From assembly GCA_030390025.1 (NCBI GenBank), contig CM059431.1:149980001-150044000 (forward strand): a stretch of DNA of 64,000 bases, in the 5' to 3' direction. The stretch's first letter is position 1; the number at the start of each line of letters is the position of its first letter. Positions 1 through 12,603 of this stretch are shown here, piece by piece. The DNA comes from Squalus acanthias. Taxonomy: Eukaryota. The position numbers were made by a program, and so were the translations under genes. Below the pieces are notes generated by a model. The model had not been told where the DNA came from. It worked only from the letters and a program-made list of their open reading frames with translations, and did no database searches.

Positions 1-460
1 AGAGACAGAGATACAGACAGAGATACAGAGAGAGAGAGAGATACAGAGAGAGATACAGAGAGACAGAGATACAGAGAGAGACAGAGATAGAGAGAGAGAG
101 ATACAGAGAGAGAGAGATACAGAGAGAGATACAGAGAAATACAGAGATACAGAGAGAAACAGAGATACAGACAGAGATAGAGATAACGACAGAGAGAGAG
201 ATACAGACAGAGAGAGAGATACAGAGAGAGAGAGAGAGAGATAGAGAGAGAGTTACAGACAGAGAGAGATACAGACATGGAGAAAGATACACAGAGAGAG
301 AGAGAAACAGAGACAGAGAGAGATACAGAAAGAGATAGAGGGATACAGAGATAGATAGTGAGAGAGACAGAGAGAGAGAGAGACAAATAGAGAGAGAGTG
401 AGAGACAGCTAAAGAGAGCGAAATACAGAGAGAGAGAGGGAGAGAGAGCGAGAGAGACAG
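1..460. repeat. AG-rich microsatellite / low complexity ((AG)n with AGAGATAC units)
   Basis: Visible agagagagag/agagatacag reiterations. Confidence 0.95.
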
Positions 461-582
461 AGGCGGTAATGATTTATGAAGACTATCAGCAAGCTGCTTC
501 ATTTCAGTCAGAGTTGCAAACACCAACAGCTGCTCTGTGAAAAGTGGCCAGTGGATTTCGCCGGCGAACTTGATGCCGCGGG

Positions 583-680
583 TGATTGACAGCCGCACCA
601 GCCAATCGAATGCGGACCGATCTTGAAGGGCAGCCAATGGGATTTGCGATGAGCGGTGCACAGCCCAGTGACTGTCAGGT
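583..680 (+). promoter_or_regulatory. Promoter-like module: TGATTGACAG (PBX/PREP decamer) plus two CCAAT boxes
   Basis: TGATTGACAG at 583-592, CCAAT at 602-606 and 634-638, in a locally CpG-rich unique island between two low-complexity tracts. Confidence 0.5.
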
Positions 681-1719
681 CGGACCGGGAGCGAATGTTT
701 TGGAAGCTTCTGGGACAGGAACCAAACTGCAACTGTAAATGTTGCTGATTTTGTGGGGATTTATTGGTGAGGCGCGTTGTGCATATTTAAAAAAAATATT
801 AATTGCAGAGCTGTCATGATGGATTCTTCTCTACGGTGACAATTTAGAAATAGAAAGTGGTGAGAATGTGAAACGGACCCTCCCTCACTCTCTCTCTCTC
901 TCCAGTTTCTAGCTCTCTCTTCACCAGTCTATATCTCTCTCTCCCCCATTCTTTCTCTCCCTTCTCTCTCTCGCCCTAATGTCTCTCTCACTCTCTCATT
1001 CCGTCTCTCTCTCCAGTCTCTCTTTCCCAGTCTCTCTCTCTCCCCGCCAGTCTCTCTCTCTCCCTGAGTCACACTCTCTCTCGCCAATCTCACTCTCTCT
1101 CGCAGTCTCACTCTGTCTCTCCCAGTAACTCTCTCCCCCAGTCTCTCTCTCTCCCTGAGTCTCACTCTCTCCCAGTCTCAGTCTCTCTCCCAGTCCCTCT
1201 CTCTCCCTCAGTATCTCTCTCTCCAACAGTATCTCTCTCACTCTCTCCAGTCTCTCTCTCACTCCCAGATTCTCTCTTCCTCCCCAGTCTCTGTCTCACC
1301 AGTCTGTCTCTCCCCAGTCATCGCTCCCCTCAGTCTCTCTCTCTCTCCTCCAGTCTGGCTCATCCACCAGACTTTCACTCCCCAGTATCTCTCTCTGCCC
1401 CCCAGTATCTCTCTCTCCCAGTCTCTCTCTCTCACTCCCCTAGAATCTCTAACTCTCTTCCCCCAGTCTCTCTCTTTCCAGTCTCTATCTCCACCCAGTC
1501 TCTCTCAACAGTCTCTCTCTCTCTCTCTCTCTCACACTGTCTCTCTATCTCCCTGTCTCTCTCTCTCTCTCCCAGTTCCTTACTCCTCCTCAGTCTCTCT
1601 CCCTCCTGAGCCTCTTACCCTCTCCTCCAGTCTCTTTCTCTCTCTCTCTCTCTTCCCTAGCCTCTCTCTCTCTGCCAGACTCTCTCTCTCTCTTCCAGTC
1701 TCTCTCTCTCTACCAGGTT

Positions 1720-2058
1720 TCCCCCCTGGCTGGTGTATTTAGTATTTGGGAGAATAATCTCAAGATAAGGGGTAGGCCATTTAAGACTCAGATGAGGAGC
1801 TTTTTCTGCACTCAGAGGGTTGTGAATCTTTGGAATTCTCTCCCCCAGAGGGATGTGGATGCTCAGTCGTTGAGTAAATTCAAGGCTGAGATAGAGATAA
1901 TTTTGGACTCTCGGAGAATCAAGAGATATGGCGATAGGGTGGGAAAGTGGAGTTGAGGTCGTTGATCAGCCATGATCTTAATGAATGGTAGGAGCAGACT
2001 CGAGGGGCCGTATGGACTTCTCCTGTTCTTATTTCTTATGTTCTAATGCTCTTATGTT
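1720..2058 (+). mobile_element. CR1 LINE 3' end fragment (copy 1)
   Basis: ataaggggtaggccatttaagactcagatgagg... encodes the CR1 ORF2 C-terminus; ends in a ttcttatgttct tail. Confidence 0.9.
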
Positions 2059-2771
2059 CTCTCTCTCTCTCCCCAGTCCCTCTCTCTACCACAGTCTCTC
2101 TCTCTCCCCAGTCCCTCTCTTTCTCTCCCACAGTCTGACTCTCTCCAGTCTCTCTCTCCAGCCTCTCTCTCCCCAGTCCCTCTCTCTCTACCACAGTCTC
2201 TCTCTCTCTCTACAGTCCCTCTCTCTCTCCCACATTCTCTCTCTCTCTGCAGTCTCTCTCTCTCTTCCCCAGTCTCTCACTATCCCCCAGTCTCTCTCTC
2301 ACACCCAGTCTCTCTCTCACCCCCAGTCTCACTCTCGATCTCCAGTAACTCTGTCTCCCCTCCCAGTCTTTCTCTCCCCCAGTCTCGCTCCCTCCCCCAG
2401 TCTCACCCTCCCCCCAGTCTCTCTCACTCTCCTAGACTCATTCACTCTCCCCCAGTTTTCCTCTCTCTCCAGTCACAATCTCTCCCCGTCTCTCTCTCTC
2501 CAGTCTATCTCTCTCCCCAAGTCACTCTCTCTCTCTGCGCTCTCTCTCTCCTGTCTCTCTCTCTAACCCCATTATCTCTCTCTCCAGTCTCCCCCACTCT
2601 CTCCAGTCTCTCTCCCTCACCGTCTCTCTCTCCCCCAGTCTCTCGCTCTCTACCCCCGTCTCTCTTCCTCCCCAGTCTATCTTTCTCTCTCTCCCAGTCT
2701 CTCACTCTATTCCCTAGCCTCTCTTTTTGCCAGACTCTCTCTCAATCCCTAATCTCTCTCTCTCTCTACCA

Positions 2772-3110
2772 GATTTTTTCCACAGGCTAGAATGTCTCGA
2801 ACTAGGGGAAATTTCTCAGTATAAGGGATAGGCCATTTAAGACTGAGATGAGGAGGAATATCTTCATTGTGAGGGTTGAGAATCTTTAGAAATCTCTGCC
2901 CCAGAGGGCTGATAATGCTGAGCCTTTGAGTACATTCAAGGTTGAGACAGATAGATTTTTTGACTCTAGGGGACTCACGGGATATGGAGGTCGGGCGGGA
3001 AAGTGGAGTTGAGGTCGATGATAAGCTGTGATGTTATTGAATGGCGGAGTAGGCTCGAGGACCGTATGGCCTACTCCTGCACATATATCTTATTTTCTTA
3101 TGTTCTTAAT
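2772..3110 (+). mobile_element. CR1 LINE 3' end fragment (copy 2)
   Basis: Same ORF2 C-terminus, 3'UTR and tcttatgttctta tail. Confidence 0.9.
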
Positions 3111-3261
3111 TTCTATCTCTCTGCCCAGTCTCTCTCTCTCTCCCCCAGTCTCTCTCTATCCCCCAGTTTCTCTCTCTCCCTCAGTAAAAACCCTCTCCAG
3201 TCTCTCTATCAGTCTCTCTCTCTCTTTCCAGCCTCTGTATCCCCCAGTCTCTCTCTCTCCC

Positions 3262-3302
<41 letters not shown>

Positions 3303-4644
3303 CCTCAGTCTCTCTCTCGCTCCAGTCTCTTTCTCTCCCTAAGTATTTTTCTCTCCAGTCTCTCTCTCCCAGTCTCTCCCTCTCTCTCTCTCTCTCAAGC
3401 CTTTATGACACTTCGGCTCTCTTCCCCCCGTCTTTCGCCCCCAGTCTCTCCCTCCCCCAGTCTCTCTCTCTCCCCACCCCCAGTCTATAGCCTCTGTCTC
3501 CCCTAGTCACTCTCTATCTCCCCAGTCTCTCTCACGCCCAGTCTCTCTGACCCCCAGTCTCCCTCCCACCCCCAGTCTCTCTCTCCCACACGGTCTCTCT
3601 CTCTCCAGTCCCTCTCTCTCTCCCACAGTCTCTCTCCCTCTACAGTCTCTCTCTCTCTCCAGTCACTCTCTCCCTCAGTCTCTATCCATTCCCCAGTCAC
3701 TTCCTCTCCCCAGTCTCTCTCACTCTCCTAGACACTTTCACTCTCCCCCAGTCTTCCTCTCACTCCATTATCTCTCTCCCCCGTCTCTCTCTCTCTCCAG
3801 TCTATCTCTCTCCCCATGTCTCTCTCTCTCTGCAATCTCTCTCTCTCCTGTCTCTCTCGCTAACCCCATTCTCTCTCTCTCACCAGTCTCCCTGTCTCTC
3901 CAGTCTCTCTCCCTCCCCGTATCTCACTCTCCCCCAGTCTCTCGCTCTCGCCCCCAGTCTCTCTCCCTCCCGAGTCTCTCTCTCTCTCTCAAGCCTCTAT
4001 CTCCCCTAGTCTCTCTCTATCTCCCCAGTCTCTCTCACCCCCAGTCTCTCTGTCCTCCAGTCTCTCTCTTTACCCCAGTCTCTCTCTCTCACCCCCAGTC
4101 TCTCTCCCACTCCCAGTCTCTCTCTCCCCCACAGTCTTTCTCTACCCCACAGTCTCTCTCTCTCTCCAGTCCCTCTCTCTCTCCCACATTCCTCTCTCTC
4201 TACAGTCTCTCTCTCTCTCCAGTCTCTCACTTTCTCCAGTCTCTCTCTCCACCAGTGTCTCTCCATTCCCCAGTCTCTCCCTCTCCCCAGTCTCTCTCAC
4301 TCTCCTAGACACATTCACTCTCCCCCAGTCTCCCTCTCTCGCCATTGTCTCTCTCTTCCCCGTCTCTCTCTCTCCAGTCTATCTCTCTCCCCATGTCTCT
4401 CTCTCTCTGCAGTCTCTCACTCTCCTGTCTCTCTCGCTAACCCCATTCTCTCTCTCTCCAGTCTCCCTTCTCGCTCTCTCCAGTCTCTCTCCTTCCAGTC
4501 TCTATCTCTCCCCCAATCTCTCGCTCTCGCCCCCAGTCTCTCTCCCTCCCGAGTCTCGCTCTCTGTCACCCAGTCTCACTCTCTCTCCCCCAGCCTCTCT
4601 TTCTGCCAGACTCTCTCTCTCCCCCAATCTCTCTCTCAATACCA

Positions 4645-4985
4645 GTTTTTTTCCCCTGACTGGTGTGTCTAGACCTCGGGGGCAATTTCGCACTATAAGG
4701 GATAGGCCATTTAAGACTGAGATTAGGAGGAATATCTTCACTCAGAGGGTTGTGAATCTTTAGAATTATCTGCCCCAGAGGGCTAAGAATGCTGAACCTT
4801 TGAGTATATTCAAGTTTCAATAGCTAGATTTCTGTACTCTAGGGGATTCTTGGGATATGGAAGTCTGGCGGAAAGTGGAGTTGACGTCATTGATCAGCCA
4901 TAATCGTATTGAATGGCGGAGCAGTCCCGAGGACCGTAAGGCCTGCTCCTGCACTTATTTATTATTTTCTTATGTTCTTATATTC
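4645..4985 (+). mobile_element. CR1 LINE 3' end fragment (copy 3)
   Basis: Same as copies 1-2. Confidence 0.9.
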
Positions 4986-5564
4986 TCTCTCTCTCTCCCC
5001 AGTCTCTCTCTCAAATCCAGTCTCTCTCTCTCCCCATCTATCTCTCTCTCCCTCAGTAATTATCTATCCAGTCTCTCTCTCCCAGTCTCTCTCTCTCTCT
5101 CCAGCCTCCATTACCACTAGTCTCTCTCCATCCCCAGTCTCTCTCTCAAATCCAGTCACTCTCTCTCCCCATCTATCTCTCTCTCCCTCAGTAATTATCT
5201 ATCCAGTCTCTCTCTCCCAGTCTCTCTCTCTCTCTCCAGCCTCCATTAACCCTAGTCTCTCTCCATCCCCAGTGCCTCTCTCTCTTCGCCAGTCTCTCTC
5301 TCCTCCCCAGTCTCTGCCTCCCCCAGCCTCGCTCTCTCCCCAGTCTCTCTTTCTCTCTCAGTCTCTCTCTCCCCAGTATCTCTCTCTCTCACCCAATCTC
5401 TCTCTCCCCAGTGTCTCTCTCCCCGAGTCTCTCTCTCTCCAGTCTCTCTGTTTACCCAGTCTCTCAGCGTCCCCATTCACTCTCTCTCTCTCCCCCAGTC
5501 TCTCTCTAACCTAGCCTCTCTCTCTCTGCCAGACACTCTCACCCCTCAGTCTCTCCAATCATCA

Positions 5565-5905
5565 GTTTTAACCCTGGCTGAAGTGTCTAGAACTCGCGGC
5601 CATAGTCTCAGGATAAGGGGTAGGCCATTTAAGACTGAAATGAGGTGGAATTTCATCACTCAGAGGGTTTTGAATCTTTGGAATTCTCTGCCCCCGAGGG
5701 CTGGGAATGCTGAGTCTTTGTGTATCTTCATGGCTGAGATAGATAGATTTTTGAACTCTAGAGGAATGAAGGGATATGGAGAAGGTGTGGGAAAGTGGAG
5801 TTAAGTTAGATGATCAGCCTTGAACTTATTGAGTGGCGGAACAGCCTACAGGGGACGTATGGTCTACTCCTGTTCTTATTTAATATTTTCTTATGTTCTT
5901 ATGTT
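5565..5905 (+). mobile_element. CR1 LINE 3' end fragment (copy 4)
   Basis: ORF 5583-5804 SRTRGHSLRIRGRPFKTEMRWNFITQRVLNLWNSLP is the typical CR1 ORF2 C-terminus. Confidence 0.92.
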
Positions 5906-6129
5906 GTTATACTCTCTCTACGCCCCCAGTCTCTCTCTATCTCCTTAGTCTTTCTCTCTCCCCCCCCCGCCTCTTTCTTTCTCCCCACTCTCTCTCTCTG
6001 ACCCTGCCCAGTCTCTCTCTCCCCCGTCTCTCTCTTTCTCACCACTCTCTCTCTCTCCCCACCCCCCACTCTCTCTCTCTCTCTAAAATCTCTCTCTCTC
6101 CCCAGTCTCTCTCTCTCTACCCTGAGAAA

Positions 6130-6715
6130 CAGTGAGAAAGAGTCTGAGAGAGAATGAGACAGAGACTGAGAGAGAGTGAGACTGAGAGTGAGACCGAGAC
6201 TGAGAGAGAGACCGAGATTGAGAGAGAGTGAGATCGAGACTGAGAGAGAAAAAGACGGAAAGAGTGACAGAAATAGAGAGGAGAGATAGATGGAGGTAGG
6301 GAGAGGAGAGATTATTAGATATAGATAGGGCGAGATAGAATGGAAGTCATAGGGGAGAGATAGATTGAGATAGAGAGTGGAGAGATTATTAGTTATAGAT
6401 AGGGGGAGAGAGAGGTGCGACATACATAGAGGGGAGATAGATGGTGATATAGAGAGGCGAGATTATTAGATATAGATAGGGAGAGAGAGGATAACAGAGA
6501 GAGATGAGAGATAGATGGAGATAGAGACAGAAGAGTGATTATTAGATAAAGATAGGGAGATACAGTGAAATGGAAATAGAGGTGAGATAGATGGAGATAG
6601 AGCGATGTGCAATTATTAGATATAGATAGGGAGAGAGAGGGAGGTTAACAGAGATAGAGGAGAGCATGAGAGCAGACACACGCGGAGTGGGAAGCAGATT
6701 ATAGACAGAGGGAGA
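6130..6715. repeat. AG/GATA-rich low-complexity tract
   Basis: gagagactga / gagatagat reiterations. Confidence 0.85.
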
Positions 6716-7047
6716 TGTGTTTCCGTCTTGGTTCTGTGAAATTCTGTGTGCTGTGGGGCCTTTGAGCTGTTAATGATCCTTTGACAGAATGTGCTTTATT
6801 ATTGGGTGTGATCACAGATTTTTTATCTCCAATAATGGCAGGGAGCTGATCTGTTGCCAGCTAAACAGAAGCCATGTGTTGGAAGGACAGTAGAGTTGCC
6901 CAGGAAGAAATTGGGTTAATTTAAATACACTGGGATGACAGAAGCAGGAATTGATATCTCGTCAATGATCCGTCAGAGACTGGAGCAGAGAATCCCAGGC
7001 AGGGGCATCACTGAGAGTGTGGGGAGGCAGTGATCGTTGGAAGCGGC

Positions 7048-7398
7048 CCAGGCTCCATCCGCTGCCTGTGTTGAGGGAGCCTGATATCACATCCAGTGCG
7101 CTACTCAGACCCACACACCAAGCAGGAGAAACCCAGGCTCCATCCCCGGCCTGTGCTGAGGTCGCATTATCTCACCCGCTGTGGTACTGAGCGCCTCCCC
7201 CCCCACCCCCCACACACAAAGAGCAGGAAAAGCACAGGCTCCATCCACGGACTGTGTTGAGTTAGACTTACCTCACACGCTGTGGTACTGAGCTCCCCAC
7301 ACACACAGAGTAGTAAAGGCCCAGGCTTCATTTCCGGCCTGTGCAGAGTTAGCCTGAAATCACACCCCGTGTGGTACTGGGCCCCACATACAAAGAGA
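7048..7398. repeat. Diverged ~90-bp tandem repeat (~4 copies)
   Basis: Recurrent caggctccatcc...ctgtg.tgag...gctgtggtactgagc..cccacaca. Confidence 0.65.
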
Positions 7399-7399
7399 A

Positions 7400-7775
7400 T
7401 GGGACAGTGTAGAGGGTGCTTTACTCTATAGCTAACCCATGCTGTATCTGCACTAGAGTGTTTAGTGGGGCAGTGTAGAGAGAGCTTCACACTGTATCTA
7501 ATACGTGCTGTGCCTGCCCTTGGAGTGTTTGAAGGGTCAGTGCAAATTGAGCTTTACTCTGTATCTAACACGGGCTGTACCTGCCTGGGAGAGACTGATG
7601 GGACAGTGTAGAGAGAGCTTTACTCTGTATCTAATCCGTGCTGTACTTGCCCTGGGATTGTCTGATGGGATATTGCAGAGGCAGCTTTACTCTCTATCTA
7701 ATGCGTGCTGTACCTGTCCTGGGAGTGTTTGATGGGCGTGTAGAGGCAGATTTACACCTTGCTGTACCTGCCAGG
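7400..7775. repeat. ~67-bp minisatellite (gggacagtgtagagggagctttactctgtatctaa...), 5-6 copies
   Basis: Unit ctttactctgtatctaa...gctgtacctgcc.tgggagtgtttgat recurs every ~67 bp. Confidence 0.85.
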
Positions 7776-8210
7776 GTAGCAGTTTAAACGATGATGGTTG
7801 TCATTAACACGCCTCACATTCCTGAGCATTAATCTGTGTTTGTGTTGGTCAGTCCTGTAAATAAAAAAAATCCTTCTGTAAGGTTTTGTCTATCGCTGAG
7901 GTCCGGGTTATTCGGGCAGTTCCTTCACGTGTCAGTGCTGAGTGTTGCTATTGAACCGTTGGAGGCGTCACGGTCACGGCCAGTCTCTATCCTGGTTTCC
8001 GTTTGCATAAGATCGGCCGTCTCCGCCACTGCCTGAGCTCATCTTCTGCTCAAACCTCATCCATATATTGGTTAAGTCTAGATTCGATATCCTGAGAACA
8101 AATGGGTTTAAAAAATGTAACAAGAATATAATCAATGATTTTTAATTCACTTATTGAAACCAGGCAAGGCCTGTGATCAGAGCGGGGCTTCATGCTCCGC
8201 TAAACAAATT

Positions 8211-8510
8211 ACATAGAATGTACAGCACAGAAACAGGCCATTCACCCAACTGCTCCATGCCGCTGTTTATGCTCCACAGAAACCACCTCCCACCCCTCTT
8301 CATCTTACACTATCAGCATAACCTTCTATACCTTTCTCCTTCATGTTTTTATCACGCTTCCTCTTAAATGGATCAATGCCATTCACCTCAACCGCTCTCC
8401 GTGGCAGCGAGTTCCACATTCTCTCCTCACTCTGGGTAAAGAGGTTTCTCCTGATTTCCTTATTGGATTTCTTGGTGACTATCTTATATTCATAGCCCCT
8501 ATTTTTAGTC
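8211..8510 (-). mobile_element. CR1 3' fragment
   Basis: catagaa...acaggccattc tail and reverse-complement FTQRVVRMWNSLP-like coding. Confidence 0.8.
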
Positions 8511-8707
8511 TCATAATTATTTCATGATTTCAGTTTTTAAAATTATATTTGTAAATTTGGCAACACACATTATTTCACCAGCACATTGTGTTTGCTTTTC
8601 CGCTGTCGCCTTTATCAGATTACAAGTAACGATTAGAAACCGGCTCAAAAACTGCAGGACACCGATTCTACACATGAGACAAGGACTCAATGGCATCTGT
8701 TGTAATC

Positions 8708-9505
8708 GAATCACAGAATCATACAGCGCAAAAGGAGGCCATTCAGTCCATCGAGCCTGTGCCGGCTCTTTGAAAGATCTATTCAATTTGTGTCCCTCCC
8801 CTGTTCTTTTCCCATAGTCCTGCAAGACCCTCACTTACAGTATTGATCCCGTTCCCTTTTGAAAAATATTATTGAATCTGCTTCTATCACCTTTTCAGGC
8901 AGTGCATAACAACTCGCTTCGTAGATCAAATTCTCCTCATCATCCCTCTGGTTAATTTCCCAATTATCTTATATCTGTTTCTTCTGGTTAACGACTCTTC
9001 TGCCAGTAGAAATATTTCCTCCTTATTTACTCTATCAAACCCGTCATAATTTTGAACATCGTCAGTATATCTTCATTTTATATTGCGGGCTCGCTGGAGA
9101 ACATTTCCCGCTTCTCTTGTCTCTCTTCAAAAGTTAAGACTCTCATCCTTGAAAACGTTCCAGTAAATCACCTCTGCGCCCACTCCAAGAAATTGGCATC
9201 CTTCCTAAAGCTGCCAAGAATCGGACACAACACTCCAGCCGGGGCCTAACCAGCGATTTATGAACGCGCAGCATAACTTCCTTGCTCTTGTTCTCTGCCA
9301 CTATTGATAAATCTAAGATTCCCATTTCTCTTTTTAACAATCTTGTCAACTTGTCCTGCCATCTTCAAATGCTTGTGCAGGTAAACTCCCAGGTGTCTCT
9401 TTTCCAGCACCCCCTTTAAAATTGTACAATTTCGTTTGTATTGCCTCTTCTCATTTTCCTCCCAGATTTATCCTTCACAAAACTCTGCCTTAAATTCATC
9501 TGTCT
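8708..9505 (-). mobile_element. CR1 3' fragment
   Basis: Minus-strand ORF fragments KSKEVMLRVHKSLVRPRLECCV; CR1 tail at the left end. Confidence 0.85.
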
Positions 9506-9509
9506 TTTT

Positions 9510-10136
9510 TCATTTTTATTAATTCCTGGGATTTGGCCTTTGCTGGCACGGCCAGCAATTATTGCCAATCCCTAATTGCCCTTGAGAAGGTGGAGTTGAG
9601 ACAACTTCTTGAAACGCTGCAGTCCGTGAGGCGAAGATTCTCCCACAGGGCTGTTATCGAGAGAGTTGCAGGATTTTCACCCAGCGACGATGAAGGAACG
9701 GCGATATATTTCCAATTCAGGAAAGTGTGTGACTTGGAAGGGAACTTGGAGGTTGGTATGTTTCCAAGCGCCTGCTGGCCTTTGCCCTTCTATGAGGTAG
9801 AGCTCGCGGGTTTGGGAGGTGCTTTCGAAGAAGACTTGGCGAGTTGCTGCAGTGCATTTTGTAGATGGCACACTCTGCAGCCACGGTACTCCGGTGGTGG
9901 AGGGAGTGAATATTTAATCTGGTACATGAGGTGCCAATCAAAGGTGTTGCTTTGTCCTGGATGATGTCGAGCTTCTTGAGTGTTGTTGGACCTTCACTCA
10001 TCCTGACGAATGGAGATTATTCCATCACACTCCTGACTTGTGCCTTGTAGATGGTGGAAAGTCTATGGTTTGTCAGGATGTGAGACAGTCGCGTTAAAAT
10101 ATCCAGTTCTGACCCGGTCTTGTAGCCACAGTTATT
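9510..10136 (-). mobile_element. CR1/L2-group LINE (distinct family), 3' part, interrupted by the Harbinger element
   Basis: Minus frames give TIYKAQVRSVME..., PTTLKKLDIIQDKA..LIG, NIHSLHHRSTVAA; the sequence continues seamlessly at 14745. Confidence 0.85.
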
Positions 10137-10607
10137 GGGCCAGAAATTCATCTGGCTCCGTTCCCGCGGGTGTAAGGAGCAGGCGCGGTAATACATACCG
10201 CGTCTGCCGTTTCCTCTTTTTCACGTTGAAAATTCATCTTCTGGCTGATTGAGTGCAGGGCAGCGTATGACGTCACACTGCCCTGCAGCGCAGCGTGCGC
10301 GTTGCATCGCGTGCGATGTGGAGTGAAGACACGCCCATTAAGGTCTCTTTTCCATAGGCCACGCCCCCGATTTTTTTCTCCACTGCAGCCATTGTAAAGC
10401 AGCTGGAGACACAGTTTTCTCACTGTTTCAGGTGGAATTTGCAGTAAGTAGGTTTTAAATGCATGGTTTTGTAAACTTTTAAAGATTTTTAGTATAATTT
10501 GAGTAATGTTAAACATTTGCAAAGAGATTTAAAGTAATTTAAGTACTTTTAAAAGTTCAGAAATCATTTTTTTCAGAGATTTAACTGTTTATAATCAGCA
10601 AACGAAA

Positions 10608-12098
10608 ATGGCTGCTATCAGCACTATCCAATTTATAAAAAGAACACAGAATTTCAGTGATGATGATCTCCGTACACTTCTTGACGAGGTAGAATCGAAA
10701 CGTTCACGGATAATTGGAACTCAGAAGTCCAAGCCGCCGCGAAAAGGCCAAATGGCAGCGTGGAAAGAGGTTGCTCAAAGTGTGAGCGCAACCTCGACCA
10801 TTCCACGTACAGCCGAGCAATGTCGCAAAAAATTCAGCGATTTATATCGAACGCTGAAGGTTTGTATAGTTATAACAAAAGTCAATGTTAAAATGTCTTT
10901 ACATTTAAAATGAAAAGCCTTGAAAAAGTGTTTGTTTGCTAAGCTGAGTTAACTGAAGTCACAAGATGCTACCATAAATTTTTGTGGCTTTTGTAGCCAG
11001 GCAAGTCTCATAAAATGCTAATGTCATCTTGATTGAAATGCTTTGAGTTGCTTACTGAGTTAACTGTGTGAGTGCCAATGCAGTTCTGGTGTAAAAACCC
11101 TTACATTTCAGATTTTCATTTTCAATTTTAGAGTAAAACTGCTCACAACGCCAGAGAACGTTCACTGACAGGCGGTGGTGTTGTCATGTTAAGGGCTTTA
11201 ACCGAACATGAGGAAAGGCTCGAGCATATCTTTGGATATCTTAGCGGATGTCCCTTTGGAAATGAACGATTCGACAAAGGTGATGTGTGCTGAATAGCTT
11301 CTGTGATGTGGCACATCATGCTTTACCTTTGCTAATCTTTACTGTTTCCTTTACATTGGTTTTGAGCATACTTCTCAGTCACGGGATGAGCAGTGCGTTG
11401 AGTCTGCAGCCAAAGAGGTAATTAGTGAAGGGCATGTTGAGCCAGTGGGAGATGCGAGTGAGGTGTTGGTGGAGGAGCAGCAGGAGGAAGTTTTTGCTGA
11501 ATTAAACATGGAGGCTCTGGAATCTGGGTTGCAGGAGAGGTCCTCTCAATCTTCCTCTCCAACTCCTGGCCCCTCTGGCTCTGTGCCAAACAGACAGCAG
11601 CTTGATACTACAGTGCCTGTGGGAGACACAGATATATATGCAGCAGAACAGGTGATGCATGGTGACATCCACCAACTTGTAGGCTTGACTCAATCGATCT
11701 CTTCTATTTCAGAGAAAGAAGTTGATTGTCTTACCTTGGTCAAGCAGGGATTGGGAAATCTGGGAATGGAGCTTAAGAATATAAATGAGTCTCTTGAAGG
11801 AATGTTGCAGAAACCCGATGTGGGAGTGCAGCTTAGTAAAATAACTGAGTCTCTTGAAGGAATGTTGCAGAAACCCGATGTGGGAGTGCAGCTTAGTAAA
11901 TTAAATGAGTCTCTTGAAGGACTGGTGGGAGTGCAGCTTAGTAAAATAAATGAGTCTCTTGAAGGACTCATGCGAATAATTTCTGCTGCAATTACTGTGA
12001 CTCCATCAGAACCAACCTTACCTGCTCCCAGCGCAGAATCAGTGCAGGTCCAAGAGCCACCAACGATGATGCAATCAAGAAAGCGCAAGAGACGTTAG
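10608..12098 (+). CDS. Harbinger Myb/SANT-like (MSANTD/trihelix-type) DNA-binding protein, 3 coding exons: 10608-10859, 11132-~11279, ~11379 or 11410-12098
   Basis: Exon 1: NFSDDDLRTLLDEVE...AWKEVAQSVS...RTAEQCRKKFSDL, then aag|gtttgt. After ttttag| exon 2 reads in frame SKTAHNARERSLTGGG, a typical Harbinger Myb-protein motif. Exon 3 is acidic/coiled-coil and ends SRKRKRR. The exon 2/3 junction is uncertain. Confidence 0.85.
11761..11968 (+). repeat. In-frame 60-bp tandem repeat inside the Myb gene (ESLEGMLQKPDVGVQLSK)
   Basis: The 60-bp blocks at 11761 and 11821 are near-identical, followed by a 45-bp and a partial copy. Confidence 0.95.
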
Positions 12099-12603
12099 GG
12101 TGTTGCATGTTCCACAATGCACATCCATTGACCCTCAGGAATAGTTTATTTGTGGTTAAATTTCTCAAGTGTTTACTTTTTAGTTTTATTTAAAACTTAC
12201 ATGTTTACATTTTTCTTTATTTATATATATATTTGACACTGAAACTGAAAGTTAGCTTTTCATTGAAAAAGTACAGCCTTTAGTCACTTTATAAAAATTC
12301 AAATTGTTTATTTTCACAAAAAAATTGAACATTTAAACTTGTTTACATATAGGAAAGAGTTATTTCCCATCTTGAATGTCTTTACTGCATTAACGAAGCA
12401 AAAAAGTTACTGAGAACTGTTAACAAATTTGTGAAAAACCTATTTCTGTTTACGATTGTTTACAAAGTTGAAAAGTAGCTAGTTAACATTGAAAAGTTAT
12501 AAACTATGTAAAGCAACAATGAACCTCAGAAGTCTGTAATGCTGCAATAAAAGAGCACTGTTTCACTTTAAATTGTGTCTGTACCTTTATTTGCCTTGCT
12601 GGT

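Larger units (their letters stand above)
880..6125. repeat. CT-rich (CCCAGTCTCTCTCT-like) array containing four CR1 3'-end fragments
   Basis: Continuous ccagtctctctct motifs; the S/L/P and E/R/G ORFs here are translation artefacts. Confidence 0.95.

Noticed and set aside
929..6423. Many S/L/P-rich and E/R/G-rich ORFs
   Set aside because: Translations of CT/AG low-complexity DNA that lacks stop codons by composition.
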